DNA of 64,000 nucleotides from an uncultured delta proteobacterium (GTDB lineage Bacteria; Myxococcota_A; Polyangia; Polyangiales; Polyangiaceae): NCBI GenBank assembly GCA_963841435.1, contig CAWJCS010000002.1, positions 32,001 to 96,000 of the forward strand, read 5' to 3'. Shown piece by piece: positions 62,051 to 64,000 of this stretch (position 1 is its first letter; each line of letters starts with the position of its first letter). The notes under the pieces were generated by a model. It saw only the letters and a program-made list of their open reading frames with translations, ran no database searches and was not told where the DNA came from. The position numbers and the translations under genes were made by a program.

Positions 62051-63336
62051 CACGACCTCGACGCCTCGAGCGCTTCGCGGGCGGCCCGGATGGTCCTGTC
62101 GATGTCGTCGTCGGTGTGGGCAACCGACAGGAACGCTGCCTCGAACTGCGACGGCGGAAAGTACACGCCGCGAGCGAGCAGCTCCCTGAAAAAGCGAGCG
62201 AATCGCTCGGTGTCGCTCGCGAGCGCGGCGCGGAAATCCCGCACGGGGCCAGCGTGGAAGAACAACGTGAGCATGGAGCCTACACGCTGCACGACGCCGA
62301 CGCTCTGGGTCGCTTCGAGCGCGTGCGAAAGCCCCGCCTGGAGCCGCGCGCCGAGCGCTTCGAGGCGCTCGTAGGCTTCGGCGTCGAGCCGAGCGAGCGT
62401 CGCGAGACCCGCTGTCACGGCGAGCGGATTGCCGCTGAGCGTGCCCGCCTGGTACACGGGCCCGAGGGGCGCCACGACCTCCATCACCTCACGGCGGCCG
62501 CCGTACACGGCGAGTGGCAGCCCCCCGCCGATCACCTTGCCGAGGCACGTGAGGTGGGGCCGGAGCCCGAACCGCTCCTGGGCGCCGCCGCGCGCCAGGC
62601 GCGAGCCGGTCATCACCTCGTCGAAGATGGCGAGCGCACCGTGCTCGTCGGCGAGCCGGATGATGGCCTCGAGAAAACCGGGAAGCGGCGGGACGCAGCC
62701 CATGTTGCCCGCGACGGGCTCGACGATGACCGCGGCGATCTCGCCGCCACGCGCACGAAATAGCTCCTCGAGCGCCGCGGCGTCGTTGTACGGGAGCGTC
62801 GCCGTGGTCGCCACCATGCCTTGGGGGACGCCCGCCGAGTCGGGGTTGCCGAACGTGGCCGCACCGCTGCCCGCCTTGACGAGCAGGGCGTCGGCATGGC
62901 CGTGGTAGGCGCCGTCGAACTTGACGATCACGCTGCGTCCCGTGAAGCCGCGTGCGACGCGGAGCGCGCTCATGGTCGCTTCCGTGCCGCTCGACACGCA
63001 GCGCAGCATCTCGATGCTCGGGTAGCGTTCGCGTATGGCGCGCGCGAACTCGACCTCGAGCGCCGTCGGGGCGCCGAACGAGAGCCCGCGCTCGGCGGCG
63101 GCCTGGACGGCGGCGGTGACGTGCGGCTCGGCGTGACCGAGGATCGCCGGGCCCCAGGAGCCGATGTAGTCGATGTACTCTCGGCCGTCGGCTCCGAACA
63201 GGCGCGAGCCGCGGGCGCGGTCGATGAACACGGGGTTGCCGCCGACGGCGCGAAAAGCGCGCACGGGGCTGTTCACCCCACCGGGGAAGAGCTCCTTGGC
63301 GGCGCGGAAAAGCTCCTCCGAGACGGCGTCGGCCAT
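62050..63336 (-). CDS. hemL: Glutamate-1-semialdehyde 2,1-aminomutase
   Basis: PGGVNSPVRAF, SGTEATMSA, FDEVMTG, GKVIGGG, YQAGTLSGNP. Confidence 0.97.
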   Translation of the reverse strand: MADAVSEELFRAAKELFPGGVNSPVRAFRAVGGNPVFIDRARGSRLFGADGREYIDYIGSWGPAILGHAEPHVTAAVQAAAERGLSFGAPTALEVEFARAIRERYPSIEMLRCVSSGTEATMSALRVARGFTGRSVIVKFDGAYHGHADALLVKAGSGAATFGNPDSAGVPQGMVATTATLPYNDAAALEELFRARGGEIAAVIVEPVAGNMGCVPPLPGFLEAIIRLADEHGALAIFDEVMTGSRLARGGAQERFGLRPHLTCLGKVIGGGLPLAVYGGRREVMEVVAPLGPVYQAGTLSGNPLAVTAGLATLARLDAEAYERLEALGARLQAGLSHALEATQSVGVVQRVGSMLTLFFHAGPVRDFRAALASDTERFARFFRELLARGVYFPPSQFEAAFLSVAHTDDDIDRTIRAAREALEASRS

Positions 63337-63383
63337 GCCAGGGTTTTAGATCGAGGGCCGCTCGCGTGCCATGCTTCTCGGGC

Positions 63384-64000
63384 GTGGTGTCGTTGGGAGC
63401 CGAACACGAGCTTTCTCGGGCTTGCTTCTTGCCGACTTGCTTGGTCCTCGCCGGGCTAACGGTCGGCTGCGGCTCGCTCGATCCCGAGGCGCTGCCGCTC
63501 GCCCGCGATCTTCGCTTCAACGAGGTCGTTTCCGCCAACGGGGGCGTTTGGGTGGACGAGCTCGGCGAGACCGACGACTACGTCGAGCTCTACAACGCGA
63601 GCGACCGGACGCTCGGCCTCACCGACTACGTCATCGAGGATCGCGGCGGCGAGCACGCGCTCCCGAACGTGAGCGTCGAACCAGGAAAGACCCTGCTCTT
63701 GTGGGCGGACGGCACCCCCGGGCAAGGTCCGTTGCACTTGCCGTTCAAGATCGCGTCCGAGGGCGAGCACCTCGCGCTCCTGCGTCGCGAAAGCCGCGAG
63801 GAGCTCGATCGCGTCCAGGTCCCGCCGCTCGAGGAGCACCACGCGTTCGAGCGGCTGCCGAGTGGCGACGGGCCGTTCGTCGACTGCGGCTGGGCGACCC
63901 CGTCGCGCGACAACGGGCGCCGCTGCGGGCCCGGCCCGCCACCCCCGCCGCCCGGCGACCTGTTCTTCTTGCCCTACACGTGGCCCGAGGTATGGCCCGA
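63384..64000 (+). CDS. Lamin-tail-domain lipoprotein (runs off the window edge)
   Basis: Manual translation: LAGLTVGC...FNEVVSAN...DYVELYN...LLWADG...HLPFKI..EGE. Confidence 0.8.
   Translation, partial: MVSLGAEHELSRACFLPTCLVLAGLTVGCGSLDPEALPLARDLRFNEVVSANGGVWVDELGETDDYVELYNASDRTLGLTDYVIEDRGGEHALPNVSVEPGKTLLLWADGTPGQGPLHLPFKIASEGEHLALLRRESREELDRVQVPPLEEHHAFERLPSGDGPFVDCGWATPSRDNGRRCGPGPPPPPPGDLFFLPYTWPEVWP

Overview
High-GC bacterial DNA, most likely from a myxobacterium of the Polyangiaceae/Sorangium type. This is inferred from a MYXO-CTERM tail, DUF4215/fibro-slime and DUF1552 domains, Gly-linker lipoproteins, a Ser/Thr kinase and sigma54 promoters. The left ~36 kb is an accessory mosaic. 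It holds three nucleotidyltransferase toxin-antitoxin modules (MenAT1-like, DUF6922/AbiEii, AbiEi/AbiEii), an orphan Rhs toxin-immunity pair, an expanded arsenic operon (arsR-arsD-arsA-OsmC-like-arsC-acr3-arsC-aquaporin) and a HAD-ATPase/GT4/debranching-enzyme cluster. It also holds two diverged copies of a His/Met-rich lipoprotein cassette, remnants of IS91-, IS21- and rve-type elements, and about 15 abruptly cut gene fragments. The middle encodes secreted and surface proteins (GH9, fibro-slime, GT-C, YyaL). The right end looks like core genome (RRM proteins, sirtuin, sigma54 two-component system, hslO, yacG, hemL). Several genes carry single-base frameshifts, mostly in homopolymers, which suggests long-read consensus errors. 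No rRNA, intact tRNA or CRISPR array was seen. All family assignments are from motif recognition by eye; no database searches were run, and fragment boundaries are approximate.
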